Part shown: positions 37,076-50,791 of the stretch, in pieces
Layout of the letters: every line of letters starts with the position of its first letter
Position numbering within the stretch: position 1 is the first letter of the stretch
From: Negaprion brevirostris
Lineage: Eukaryota
Direction: 5' to 3'
DNA length: 64,000 nt
NCBI GenBank assembly: GCA_030324005.1
Contig: JARDVH010000084.1
Span: 41,623,208-41,687,207 of the forward strand
Translations under genes and position numbers: made by a program
Notes under the pieces: generated by a model
Told to the model about the DNA's origin: nothing
Database searches by the model: none
The model's input: only the letters and a program-made list of their open reading frames with translations

Positions 37076-38977
37076 ACTTGAATATAAAACTGTACACACT
37101 GTGAGCTCTGTAGTCAGGAATGCTTCAGACCAAGTCTTTTTTGGACTTTGGAATTTTCTGAATTATAGAGTGATGTTAGAATGCCGAACCGCAAGTGTGT
37201 GAACTGGAAAACATCAGATATGAATATTTACCTGAAATGTAAAACAGTGTGAAAACGTTATAATGCTGTAACAAAAATACTTACTTGTACAAATATTGTA
37301 TCTTCAATGTTTTTGCTCCCAAAATACTGGACTAAAATGATGCCAATGTTGTAAAAGGAATGAATTAGCTCTGCTCAAAATGTTTCTGTACAATTGGTGT
37401 TTCTAAACAATAATTCCTGGGCAGGAAAGATGACAGTGTACCTTCATTCAAGTGATTCATATAGATGGTGAAAAATTGAGACCTCTGAATAGACCACTGG
37501 GGGAACTCTCCGTTCACCTGACGAAGGGGCTAACCCGAAAGCTAGTGAATTTACTATCAAATAAATCGGTTGGACTGAAACCTGGTGTTGTCAGACTTTT
37601 TAGAATGTCATTTGTCACATGCTGTATCCCACTCTCCAATAATTTACTCCATATCAGAAGTTACCTCCAATTCCTTGNNNNNNNNNNNNNNNNNNNNNNN
37701 NNNNNNNNNNNNNNNNNNNNNNNNNNNNNNNNNNNNNNNNNNNNNNNNNNNNNNNNNNNNNNNNNNNNNNNNNNNNNGTTTTCAATTTTGCTATTGAATC
37801 ACATCTGAAACTTACAGAAATTGATGAATATATCCACTGACATGCTATCTATCATATTAGTGACATACTCAAAAATGTGACAACTTTTGTCAGACATGAT
37901 AATCAGTTATCACAAATCCTGTTGATCTTTTGGTCACTTTCCGTTTCTGATGATAGATGCCAGGTAGTCTTTGTGTAAAGATGTTAAACTGATTAATCTG
38001 TAGTTAACCTCAAAGAACTGCTCTGACGAAGGGTCACCCAGACTCAAAACATTAGCCCTATTCTCGTTTCACAGATGCTGAGATTTTCCAGCATTTTCTG
38101 ATCTCGTAACCTGTAGTTATTAGTTTTGCCCTCAGTCTGCTCTTAACTAGTGTTTGTAATTTCTCAATCCAAAGGTAAAATTCATGAAGTTTGGAAAATT
38201 AAGACAAAAACACCTATTTCTTTTAAAACTCTTGAAAGGAAATTATCAGGAGATTATCAGTCTTATGGTTGGGTAATTGCACTAATAAGGTGCAACGGGG
38301 GTGACCTCATGCCTGCATTTTCCACTCACGGGATTGACAGCAGGGGCTCAAGATCCGGCAAAATCTGGAAATCGCACATCTCTGGCAGTGCCAACCTTTG
38401 CCACAGCAGCGGCAGGAGTGGACCCTAATGGGAGTCTCGGGGTTGGGGTGTGGTGGAGCATGCATGTGTAGCGGGGAATGAGAGGGTGTTNNNNNNNNNN
38501 NNNNNNNNNNNNNNNNNNNNNNNNNNNNNNNNNNNNNNNNNNNNNNNNNNNNNNNNNNNNNNNNNNNNNNNNNNNNNNNNNNNNNNNNNNNNNNNNNNNN
38601 NNNNNNNNNNNNNNNNNNNNNNNNNNNNNNNNNNNNNNNNNNNNNNNNNNNNNNNNNNNNNNNNNNNNNNNNNNNNNNNNNNNNNNNNNNNNNNNNNNNN
38701 NNNNNNNNNNNNNNNNNNNNNNNNNNNCGATCGAGGTGCTCAGAGGAAGAGCCCCTTCTTGGTGGCGCCCTGACCTGAGTGTAGCCAGGCTTTACTTGTG
38801 TGTTTAGGCCACATCCCTCAAAATGATAGTGGAAAATGCTGGTTTTCAGTCAGACCCTGACGCTTTGCTACTTTTTGGTTAAATTTTGCCCAACACGGCA
38901 CGAGAAAATGGATCATAACTTTGAAGTAGAAATAGGCTGTATGGATTGTGACAAAGAATGAAAAGGAATCAAATACG

Positions 38978-39545
38978 TTAGAATCACAGAATCATAGAGT
39001 GCAGAAGAGGTCATTCGGCCCATCAAGTCTGCACCAACAAGCTCCCACCTAATTCCATCTGCCAGCACTTGGCTCATAGTCCTGAATGTTATGACATGCC
39101 AAGAGCTCATCCAGGTACTTTTTAAAGGATGAGGGGCAACCCACCTCTACCGCCCTCCCAGGCAGCACATGCCAGACTATCACCGCCTTCTGGGTAAAAA
39201 AAGTTTTTCCTCACATCCCCTCTAAATCTCCTGCCCTTCACCTTAAACTTATGTCCCCTTGTGACTGACTCTTCAACCAAGGGAACAGCTGTTCCTCATC
39301 CACTCTGCCCATGTTCCTCACAATCTTGTACATCTCAATCATGCACCCCCGCCCCCCCGTCTTCTCTTCTCCAATGACCACAACTCAAGCATACCCAACA
39401 TCTCTTCATAACTTAAATGTTCCACTCCAGGCAACATCCTGATGAATCTCCTCTGCAGCTCCTCCAGTGCAATCAAATCCTTCCTGTAATGTGGTGACCA
39501 GAACTGCACACAGTACTCCTGCTGTGGTCACACCAAAGTTCCAAC
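38978..39545 (-). mobile_element. CR1 LINE 3' end
   Basis: tagaatcacagaatcatagag tail, gaggtcattcggcccatc, gtggtgaccagaactgcacacagtactcc. Confidence 0.85.
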
Positions 39546-39559
39546 GTGATTTCCTGTAG

Positions 39560-40930
39560 TATTCTGCAGACCACCTCATAGTGAAGGGAAGTAGAGGAAG
39601 AAATATGTAGGCAAATCTATAGAATTATTTTTTAAAAAATGAAGATGGGAGATTTCAGTTTCCCCCAATAAATTGGCACAAGAGGTAGAGAACTGGGAAG
39701 ATGAAAGGAATTTTTATGGTGTCCAAGACTCATTCCTTGAGTAACGAGAGGAAACATTGCTAGATTTAATAATATGAAATAATGCAGAAAAGTACAGCAA
39801 GTGCAGCAGAATATCTAGGCAACAATGATCATGGTATAATAAAGTTTAAAATAAAGATGGAAAAGACATAAATGAGCCAAAGAACAAAATTAAAGCTCTG
39901 ACAAAGGGTCATCCTGACTCAAAACATTGGCAGTATCCTCTCTCCACAGATGGTGTCAAACCTGCTGAAATCTTCCAGCATTTTCTGTTTGTGAGCAAAA
40001 TAATAGGTCAGAAAAAGCTACTTTTGAAAGAATGGAACTAGGGAAGATAGGCTGGAAAAAAATGACAGAAATATAACAGCAGTTGTGAATATTTAACGTG
40101 ATTATCAATACAGTCCAGGAGAAATATATTCCTTTAGAAAACAAAACTAACTACCCAACAATGAAACACCATGAATGAATAAAGAGGTAGGAGGAAAATT
40201 GAAATGTAAAAAAAAAGCATACTCTTAAGTTCATAGACAATAAAGGAGATGGTGACAAATGAGAATAGGAAGTCATTAGGAATAAAGTAAAAAAAAAGAA
40301 AAGTAAGACCACAAAATTAAACTAAGAAGGAAAACATAAAGAAATAGTATTCTACAGATGTACTCTAAATATAAAAGAAAAGATGGGATAGGGATGCTGT
40401 AGGTAAACTCCGCAGATAATGACAGCGAACTTTGCCACAGTATTTATCAGGGAGACTAATATGGGCATGGCATTCAAGGCAGAGATTAAAAAAGTAAGGA
40501 CGTTTAAACTGGAATGGGGAGATATTTGATAAACTATTCAAATTGAAAAAGAGTGGAACTTCTGGTCTGGGTGAATTGTATCCAACCATAAAATGAAGCT
40601 GGGGAAGAGATAGTAGAGATACAATTACATACATTTGAAACAATTCATTAGAGAAAGGAATAAGTCCAGGCAACTAGACCATTAGCTTAATATCAGTGGT
40701 AGGAAGTGGAATGAAATCTTTTCTCAAAAATGTAATAGAAAAATATGTAAAAATGGAAAATATAGTAAGTAATCAGTTGGATTTAAAAAGGGAAGGTAAT
40801 GCTGATCAACTTTTTTGAATCCTTTGAAGAAGTAATGGGAGGTGTAGATAAGGGTAATACAGCAAATGTAATATATTTGGAATTTTAAAAGACCTTTGAT
40901 AAAACACTGCACAGTAGATATTTGACTAAG
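39560..40930 (+). mobile_element. Old CR1 ORF2 remnant
   Basis: Purine-rich; GDF.FP.INW-like and VIYLEF.KTFDK-like remnants. Confidence 0.6.
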
Positions 40931-41435
40931 ATAAATTAGAAAGCCACATACTGCTTAGGTTTTGAGAGTCAAAAGGGGAAAAAGGAAAAAAAGGGGTGAC
41001 TGCAGCTAACTTCAGCTGAGTGGTTCCATAGATAAATTCCTTTCATGTTTTATTTTAAAGCTGCCTGGTTCCTGCATTGGGAAACTTAACAAGCCTGACA
41101 TTTCATTATCGTCTATTATAATCTTTCATGAGCCAACATTTCATTTTGCCACTTTTTTCTCAATATATTTATAAAATAAACTTTTGCTGTTAGCTTTGTA
41201 TATCCCTTATTTTACTGATCTCTTTTTGCATCTCTTTTACTTTCTTTGTATCTATTTTTTTTAATATAGCTTTCCCAATCTGCTGGAGTTTCAGGAATTC
41301 CATAGTTGTGTGGTCTTGGCAGAAGTGAGTGTGAGTACAAGATGATGTATGAGTTGGTGCAAAATTTGTACAGGGACAGAGTAAACTGTTCTTCCAAACT
41401 AGTTGCTCGAGAAATCATTTTATATGCACAAAAAA

Positions 41436-41890
41436 CAAACATAGAAAATAGGAGCATTAGTAGGCCATTCAGCCCTTGAAACCAGCTCCACACTCATTAT
41501 GAACGTGGCTCGCCATCCAACTCAATAGCCTGATCCCATCTCTTTCCTCCCCCCCCATATCCTTTGACCCTCTTCACAGAAAGGCTATATATCAAACTTC
41601 TTGAAAACCTACAATGTTTTGGCCTCAACTGCTTCCTATGGTAGTAAATTCCACAGGATCACCACTCTCTGGGTGAAGAGATTGCTCCTTGTCTTCTAAA
41701 AGTTTTACCCCAACTCCTTATACAATGACCGCTGGTTCTGGACGCCACCCACCATGGGGAATATCCTGTCTGATCCTATTAGAATTTTATAGGTTTCTAT
41801 GAAATCCTCCCTCATTCTTCTGAATAAGGGTGGATATAATTCTAGCTGACCCAATCTCTTATCTATCAGTCCCGCCATCCCAGGAATCTG
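41436..41890 (-). mobile_element. CR1 LINE 3' end
   Basis: aaacatagaaaataggagc..agtaggccattcagccc terminus; accactctctgggtgaag. Confidence 0.8.
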
Positions 41891-41909
41891 TTCCTCATGT
41901 TGGAGAAAA

Positions 41910-42195
41910 GTAAAGTTTAAAGTTTATTTATTAATCACAAGTAAGACTTACATTAACACTGCAGTGAAGCTACTGTGAAATTCCCCAAGTCATCACACTA
42001 CAGCGCTTGGTCTGGTCAATGCATCTAACAAGCATGCCTTTCAGACTGTGGGAGAAAACCAGAGCGCCCGGGATAAACCCATGCAGACGTGGGGAGAACA
42101 TGCAAACTCCACACAGACAGCGACTGAAGCCGGGAATCGAATCAGGGCCCCTGGCACTGTGGGGCAGCAGTGCTAACCACTGTGCCACTGTATCC
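41910..42195 (-). mobile_element. tRNA-derived V-type SINE, full length
   Basis: Head (reverse) gtggcacagtggttagcactgctgcc; tail ttacattaacactgcagtgaag with (aagttta)n end. Confidence 0.85.
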
Positions 42196-43600
42196 TCATG
42201 CACTGTAAGATTAGAAATGTTTTGCAGGAGCTTGCTGGGGACAATTTCAGTATAAACCCTTTCTTCCCAAAGTTAGATAATGGTAATCATTTTAAAAAAA
42301 GTTACTCAATTCCATCTTTCTGGAGACTCGTCAGTTCAGTTGTCCGTTCCTTTGATGGAACCACTCAGCCGAAGTTAGCTACAGCCACCCCATGTGAAAT
42401 CCCCAACATCAACATTCTTTCTGGTCCTGGATGAGAAGTAATAATTATTTTAGCTTCCTGTTATGCATTTCTATGCACCCAATTAGTTCTGAATTTTGGT
42501 AAATATTCAGTCCCCATCAGATCTTGGACCAAAAAAAAAGCACCTCCAAATCTATAGAATTCCCAATGGAATATCTGGCTGACATTCCTTGAAATAATAG
42601 AAGCTAAAATTATAGAAAAATAGTCAATGAAATATGACTTCTGGAGGCTGACTGTTTTAAAGGGGCATTGGGAGAAGTGAGTAGAAATGAAAAGCTCAGC
42701 TCAGCTGGCTGAGAAGAAAGCCCAGAGGAAACAGACCAGTGAATCGTTCATCTTCTCAACCCACTGCCTTTCTCTGCAGCAAAAGTGGTCAGAGTGGGAC
42801 TTCTAACCTACGCCAGGTGATGTGTAACAAAGAGTTGACCACTGCAGCACAAATCATTGTCTTACAATATGGAAGCCTTCCACAAGAAGTCAATTAGTAG
42901 GAATGTCTTTTTAAAAGTCACCTTGGTGGATAGTACTACATATTGATCTCTTTCGCTCTTCCTAACTCACACTCTTCCTTTGATACAACACTATTTCGAA
43001 CTTTTGTAATAAAATAAAACCCTGAGATATTAGGAGTTTCTTGAAAGGGGCAAAAACACAAACTACATATTTTAATGGTTCACCATTAGCAATTTAGGTT
43101 GTAATTTTATTGTGATTTAGGCAAGAGTTAAGCAATGTTTTTGTTTTAATTTTTAAGAGATACTTTGTTTGCATGCTTGGTATACACTTGCACAGGTATT
43201 GATAACTGCTAATCTTGGGTATGTTTTAATTGTTTTTGTTTTTATTTTTCTAAATTTTAACCTTTTGATTATTGAAGTATTATATAACTCCCATCCAGTC
43301 CAATTAGCTTTACGTTGGTATTTTACAGAGCATTGAATGGCCAATTGTCAGTTTGTTAGTTATTTATATTCTTGTTTTCAGCTGTTGCTGGGTTGTGGAA
43401 AACCTTTGTCCTATGTGTTTAAAGATAAAACTGCAGAGCAGAGACAAAAGTGTATGGAAGGTCAAGTAGAAGGTAGATTTTGAGATGACTGCATAAATCT
43501 GAAAAGAACTTCAGAATTCAAACAATCTACAGTAGCCATTGTGTGGAAAGTTCCATAGTGTTCTTTCCATTGTAATGGGGCTTACTTTGTGTGTTTTCAG

Positions 43601-43829
43601 GAGTATACGGAAATGGTGGCAAGGTCTTCCTCCCGACAAACAGGAGCTACTTAAGGACTCTGTGAAAAGGAACCGGTGGAGAATTCTATTTGGCATATGT
43701 AGTCTGTCAGGTTTGATTGCCATATATTTCTGGACCCACTTGGACAAGAGTCCTATCACAGGACGTACTCGCCTACTAATGTTCAGCAAACGACAGTTTC
43801 TTCAATTAGTTGAATTTGAGTATCAATCG
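43601..43829 (+). CDS. OMA1: OMA1 exon (SIRKWWQGLPPDK...transmembrane segment...THLDKSPITGRTRLL...EYQS)
   Basis: ttttcag acceptor, TCG|gtaagc donor; 229 nt, phase 2/0; characteristic RKWW and SPITGR motifs. Confidence 0.96.
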
Positions 43830-44668
43830 GTAAGCATGAATTTGGTATGCAATGTCTAAGTTATAAACCTAGCCCTTGTGGCTCACAATATAGATTTATC
43901 TGAGGTTGGAGTGACTTGTAAACGTATTTTCCATTGAAAAAGAGCTTTAAATTACACTAATATTTTGTGATACTTTCCAAACCTATGTTAATTCTATGAT
44001 CTAACACTACTGGATCCAACTAAAATATATATATATATTGAAATATTCTATATAAACACTTCTGTTGAAATTCTAATGTAAAAATTTTCAGAAGGCAGCT
44101 TTACTCCTGCTATTTCTCTATGAGTCAGTAGATGGCAACCTAATAGGATTTTAAAGTGTTAATCCAATACTGAATGTAAATATAGAAATATCAATGCACC
44201 TATTGCTGGCAGCAGCATGGTGCAAGTAATCTAACCTTTCCACAATTTAATTTCTAGCTCCCTTTCATGTGAACATTAAGCTTTTTTACTTGATTATTTT
44301 GCTGTCTCTTAATTTTTTTGCATCCTTAATATATTTTCTCCACCTCTTCAAATTCTGCTGTTCCTGGCTTCCTGTGACCGATAGAAACCTAGCCTCCTTC
44401 ATATCCTCTGCTGTTTTGTATCCTACAACTTAGTCGTCCTCTATGTTTTCTTGTGGCTGTTTTACACTTGGTTGAATGTATGTGCGACAGGAAAGAAGTT
44501 GATAAAGAAGGGTAGGAGAAACCATGAAGCTGGGCTAGCGCTTAATATAAAAAAGGATAGCAAGAGTTNNNNNNNNNNNNNNNNNNNNNNNNNNNNNNNN
44601 NNNNNNNNNNNNNNNNNNNNNNNNNNNNNNNNNNNNNNNNNNNNNNNNNNNNNNNNNNNNNNNNNNNN

Positions 44669-44737
44669 GGCGGGGCAGGCTCGAAGGGCTGGATGGCCTA
44701 CTCCTGCTCCTATTTCTTATGTTCTTATGTTCTTATG
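44669..44737 (+). mobile_element. Young CR1 3' end emerging from a gap
   Basis: ggctcgaagggctggatggcctactcctgctcctat(ttcttatg)3. Confidence 0.85.
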
Positions 44738-44864
44738 ATTCTTCCAGTGTTTTCAGGTAGCCACTACGTGGTGTGATATTCTGCTATATTTGTATCTTCC
44801 TTGAGTTCAGAGAGTTACAGAATTGTTGGAGCCATTTCAGGCCCCACTGCCTTTTTTCTTAATC

Positions 44865-45160
44865 AGTACTTGGGATGTAGTATAGCTGGCAAGGTCAGTA
44901 TTTATTGCTCATCCCTAATTGCCCTTGAGAAGGTATTGATGGGCCTCCTTCTTGAACTGCTGCAGTCCATTAGGCGTGCATACATGCACAGTGCTATTAG
45001 GGAGGGAATTACAGGATTTTGACTTCGCAATAGTGAGGATGGTGTCCAACTTGTAGGGTAACTTGAATGTAGTGGTGTTCCCATGCTTTTCCTGCCTTTG
45101 CCTTTCTAGGTCGTTTTGGGAGTTTGGAAGGTGCTGTTGAAGGAGCCTTGGTGAATTCCT
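44865..45160 (-). mobile_element. LINE 3' fragment (same family as 18950-19812)
   Basis: atttattgctcatccctaattgcccttgagaagg block. Confidence 0.7.
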
Positions 45161-46029
45161 AATGGTTCCTGCTTGGCAACCTCCATCATTTTTTTCCTTC
45201 TAAAGTGCAGATATAAACTATTCTCTGTGTTTCTGGTTGCCACATCACTTTGTGTGAAAAATTACCTCAATCTATCTGAATAAACTAATGCACTATTCAT
45301 CAGTACATCTTTCAAGATATGGTTCGGCCAATTCTCATAATCACTGTCAAATCTTCCTTGAAAACTTTTTTTTGTCTTCTTGAATTTTAGACATATGCAT
45401 CCATATATCCCTGATCTTTTCACAGTAAGGCATGCTTGCTATTTTGGATCAAGTGCAAATATTTGATGTTGTGCTTCCAATATCTCTATCCAGATCTCAC
45501 CTTATTGAGAGCAGTCATGATCCTACACTGCCCTTGAACATCACAACTTATTTCCCTCAAGTCCAAAATCCATTCATTGATCATTATTTTCTGATTTGTC
45601 TGTGTTGCACCTTATCAGCTGACTTTGAAAATTCATAAGCATCACATGTTGTATTTCCTTTATCAATTTATTGCATTCTTTCCTCAAGTATTTCTTTCAG
45701 ATTTGCTGCACATGGCATTCATTTCACAAATCCGTGTTGGCTCCCTTAAACTGTGTTTTACTGAGCATTACCCTGTTTTGTGACCATTCATTGCTTTGCT
45801 TCTACTGATGTTAGCATGACTGGTCAATTGTTACTTTTTTCCCTTTCCTCTTTCAGTCTCATATTTAATGATGTTGAAAACTATAAGTAAAAGCATCTGC
45901 TATTTCCTCTCTGAATTCCCTCAATATTCTAGGACACATGCCATGTTGCCTTTCCACTTACAGCTCCACCAACCTTTTAGTACTACAACTTCTTTATGTA
46001 TTCTTCTCCTATCTAAATGCACTATCTAG

Positions 46030-46636
46030 GTCACAAGACATAGGAGCAGAATTAGGCCACTTGGCCCATCGAGTCTGCTCCGCCATTCAGTCATGGCTGA
46101 TATTTTTCTTATCCCCATTCTTCTGCTTTTTCCCCAGAACCCGTAATCCCCTTATTAATCAAGAGCCTATTTATCTCTGTCTTAAAGACACACAATGACC
46201 TGGCCTGCACAGCCTTCTGCAGCAAAGAGTTCCACAAAAGCACCACTCTCTGGCTGAAAAAATTCCTCCTCATCTCTGTTTTAAAGGATCGTCCTTTTAC
46301 CCTGAGGTTGTGCCCGCTGGTTCCAGTTTTTCCTACAAGTAGAAATATCCTCTCCACATTCACTCTATCCAGGCCNNNNNNNNNNNNNNNNNNNNNNNNN
46401 NNNNNNNNNNNNNNNNNNNNNNNNNNNNNNNNNNNNNNNNNNNNNNNNNNNNNNNNNNNNNNNNNNNNNNNNNNNACTCTATCCAGGCCTCGCAGTATCC
46501 TGTAAGTTTCAATAAGATCCCCCCCTCATCCTTCTAAACTCCAACGAGTACAAACCCAGAGTCAACCGTTCCTCATACGACAAGCTGTTCATCCCAGGGA
46601 TCATTCTTGTGAACCTCTTCTAGACCCTTTCCAAGA
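46030..46636 (-). mobile_element. Young CR1 3' end
   Basis: ORF 46109..46363 GHNLRVKGRSFKTEMRRNFFSQRVVLLWNSL. Confidence 0.9.
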
Positions 46637-49600
46637 CTAAAACGGTTGTGCCTTTGCAATTCCATCGTCACTGTCTTCTGTGAAATTGATATTTTTCTTA
46701 TCTGTGAATTAGTATGTCCACCATTTCTTCATACTTTTTGAGAAGATTTCTTAATCCCTAATTAATCTTGCCCTTCATTTTGACATCCATTCAAAAACTT
46801 TAAATGGTCTCACCTTTTCCATCAACTCTATATCATTCTTATTTTACACCTTTTTTCCCTACACTATCCCTTCTTAATATTTAAATCCAGGAATTTTTAG
46901 CTCACAGTTCTGTTCGAGACTATAACACATCTCTGCTAATGCTATTGTATCATATCCCACATTACCACTTGTGCCTGTGTTCACCACTTGTATTCAGAAA
47001 ACTTTGTGCATTTATATGCATAAAATTGAAGCTGCCTTCTGTCATAATTAAATCAAAAAATTACCAAATACTGACAAGAACTACACCCTCCAGAAATTCA
47101 GGTTTCCAATAAACATAAGCAAATTGATTTATGTGCTGTTTTTACAGTTGGATCAATTGCTTCTTAATTTGCATTCTACTAAACATAATCGTAATCAGAT
47201 TATTTTACTATTCCTGCAGCACAATCTGCAATCATAAAAATGCTTCCTTATTTGAGCGCTGTTTTAAAAATGTATTTTAAAATTCATTTTAAAACTATTA
47301 GAAAGGTTTTCTTTTGTTATCCAACAGTAAAAGGCTGTAGTTTCCTCTGTTCTTTCAATTTACTGAGAAAGTAGATGCAATCATAAATAGCGAGCTGAAT
47401 TTAATGGTTCCCCACTGGCAAGAAGGGGCACGTTAAATCCAGCTGATGATCTGCCTACTATCTGCCTGCCTATCTGTGCTCTCACTGCAATTGTATCATT
47501 TGCAGGGTGACATTGACCATTTGAGGCCCTTAAGTGGGCAATTCCCATTGCCACAGAGCTTTATCTGGTGGTGGGAGAGGCCTGCATCAAGCAACCAGCC
47601 CAGAAGCCTTCCAGGTTTCCATACATCGGTTGATGGTGGGGGGGCCTCCTTCATGGACCCAATGTGTTCAAAGGAGGGTTCCCCAAAGTGGAATGAGATA
47701 TTGTCAACTTCCCTCCCCATCGACAGCACCTGAGGCAGGCCTTCCTGACCCCTAGAAGGCGGATATCCTAAATATTAATAGTCAATTCGCCATTAAGTNN
47801 NNNNNNNNNNNNNNNNNNNNNNNNNNNNNNNNNNNNNNNNNNNNNNNNNNNNNNNNNNNNNNNNNNNNNNNNNNNNNNNNNNNNNNNNNNNNNNNNNNGT
47901 CAAGTCGCCATTAAGTTTGCTGGATCAAACCCCCTCTGCAACCACTCTCAACTAAGAGGAACTGTAGTACCCTGTTAAAACCATTTCACTTTTTCTAATA
48001 TTCTACTTCATTCCAAAGATAGCAAATAGAGAAAAAAAACATGCATTTACATTAATATAGTAATTATTCCCATATTTCATTTCAGGGTATATTTTATCTA
48101 TATTTTAATTAGATATGCTGCAGATACAAGGCTCAAAGCCAAGGAGAACATCAAGGTTGCTAAAGGAGAAATGGTATAAATGACGAAATAGTGGTTAGGT
48201 GCTGCCAAACTTGGCTTTTAAAAGTCTATAGGAGAATTTGAAGACTGAGGGAGGTAAGGAGTTTTGCAATTTTAAGCTAATATTAAAGGAATGAGTTCAA
48301 GTAGGAGATTATGCAAATAGTAGAAACGAAAGGGAGGAATCTCAGTGGCTGCAGAAACCATAAAAGAACATATTGTAACAGAGAGAAGGCTGGAAAATTT
48401 GTGATGGGGACAAAGAAAAGCGTAATTGCTTTTCAATTAACTAAATGACATTTGATATTATTATAGTCAAAAAAAAGGCATACGTACATCAGTTATAGAA
48501 TTGTATATTAATGACAGAAAATGTTGGAATTACTCAGCAGGTCAGGCAGCACCTGTGGAGGGAGAAACAAAGGTCGTCAAACTGAATCATTATTCTCTTT
48601 CCCTTACTATCAATGAGTCCAACATGTTTATCCTCATTTTAGATTTCTAGAAATCTCAGTATTCTGCTTTTAGCATTTCTAAAATCTGATGCACAATCAG
48701 CTTGCATTACCCAACTCTTGATTTTTAAAGATATTTCATTATTAGCTAAGCATTGAAATATCAAATTTCAATGCCTCACACATTCGGCAATATTTTACTT
48801 TGGTTTTAGCCTTCCTTCCATTGTGACTGGGTGGGGACAATGCCCCTTTCGCTGACTGTTTTCTCTATGTCACCTGAATGTTGGTTGGCAACAAGGCTGA
48901 GATTAGTAATTCAGTAATCCAACGTATTATACAACGTCACTTCTTGAAAAAAAATTTGCAAATTGACAAATCCATGATTTAGTGGTGTGCCACTGTCACT
49001 TGTTTTCTAAATATGTATGGAATATAGATATTTGCTGAAACAAATAAACTGAAAACATATATTTTAGAGGTATTAAAAATTGATCAAGTTGTGCACTTGA
49101 CATTATGGAAATACGTTAAGGTTAGCACCTTTATCATTCACAGCATTGCAAATAAAGGATACCTTCAATACGACATTGTTGTTATTTGTCATTTCATTGT
49201 TTTAGGAACAAAACGAGCTAATAATTATGCAAAAACAGATTTAGAAGAAAGGATGGTTGTCAGGTGCAGTTTCAAGTAAGCCAGTCATATAATACAGACA
49301 ACGGAAATGGGGTTAAGGTTCTAAAAGGGATTTTTCAAATTTTTTTATTGTTGGGATAGAGTATGTCTTCAAACTCCTGGAACAAATCGAGAAGACAGCA
49401 GCCAGATGCACTGTCTCTGGCCTTTCCATTTGGAAATAAATGTCAGCAAAAATGCATCAATTTTTTCAAGATCATCAAATGGCGGTGATTATTCTTTGCA
49501 ATTCTGAAAACTGTAAAAGGATTAAATACAGTTTTAAATCTATCATCCATTTCTTTAATGAAAAGCCATAAATTCAGACGGTATTTCTATTTAGGGCATT

Positions 49601-50419
49601 GTTTGAATACAAGAATTTCTTCCCTGTATACTGTAGGTAAAACCAGGGCGCTTAGCAGCAATGCACTTATGATTATATATTATACATCAGAAATAATTTG
49701 CCACATAATGGAGCGAAGACCCCCAAGATCACCAAATAATAGCTTGTCAGACTGTCAAGTGATTGGAACACAAATACATTTACCTCAGTGCAAAGTACCA
49801 GTAAAGTATAGCAGCTGATTTTTTTTAAAAGTTCATTCAATAGAAATTTGAAAGAAATTTAACAAAAAGGAAACTGTGACAATAAAACCATTTAACAACT
49901 GGAATGATCTTCAAAACATGCTTAGAAACATCCAATAATTAGGAAATTTCCTTTTCTAGTTATAGTAATTGATGTTGGACTGATGATGAAGGTAGGAGAA
50001 AAGTGTGAAGTAATTATTTTTAACATAGGGGGATTTGGTTGGTTACAATTAAACCAACTGATGTCAATACTCTTCTTTCACAAAGTAATTTTTTTGCGAA
50101 CTGTGTTCACAAAGAAAGCTATATACCCACTATAATTACTAATTATGAGAATTTGAAGAAATGTAGGTCAATTCTGAAGTATCAGGCTCTGCTTATTATC
50201 ACTCCCTTAACAACAAATTATAGATTAGACATTTTTCATAAAGCCACCTTGCAATTGGCAGTAGCACAGTCGCTATCTATCAGTATAGGGTTTATCATAG
50301 TCTGCTGTGAGTGAGTGTAGTTGGATATATGTCTTGCAAGAGTCATCTTAACATTGCACTGTATTTTATTGCATGCAGTGCACTAAGAACAATACTGAAA
50401 GACAGAACTTAAGAATTCT

Positions 50420-50791
50420 GCGGTGCTTTTAATGCCTCAGAGAGTCCCAAAGCACTTTCAATCCAATTCTCTTCCCACACCTAGTGGTGCACTAAGGCAG
50501 ACTTTCATCTGTTTCCAAAGCTAGTTATTCCTGGAATAGGTTGCTAGTCTGCTGCTGGAGTCTTATAGCTTGAGATGCACCGCTCCACATCAAGAGTGGC
50601 TGACCAGGAATCTCACCTGCTCTTACCATCTGCCGTTGGCATGTTGAAATGATTTTGCTGGTTGATATTCAACCTGTTTGGCAACATTATGAACGCTCCT
50701 TCCCTGGCTATCAAATCCGGGCGTAGGACTCAAAGCCAGAGCTTCTGACTCAGAGGTAGGGATGCTACCCATTGTGCCACAAGACCTCCTC
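50420..50791 (-). mobile_element. tRNA-derived SINE of another family with an L2-like tail
   Basis: Reverse head gtggcacaatgggtagcatccctacctctgagtcagaagctctggctttgagtcc; tail (forward) tcccaaagcactt. Confidence 0.6.
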
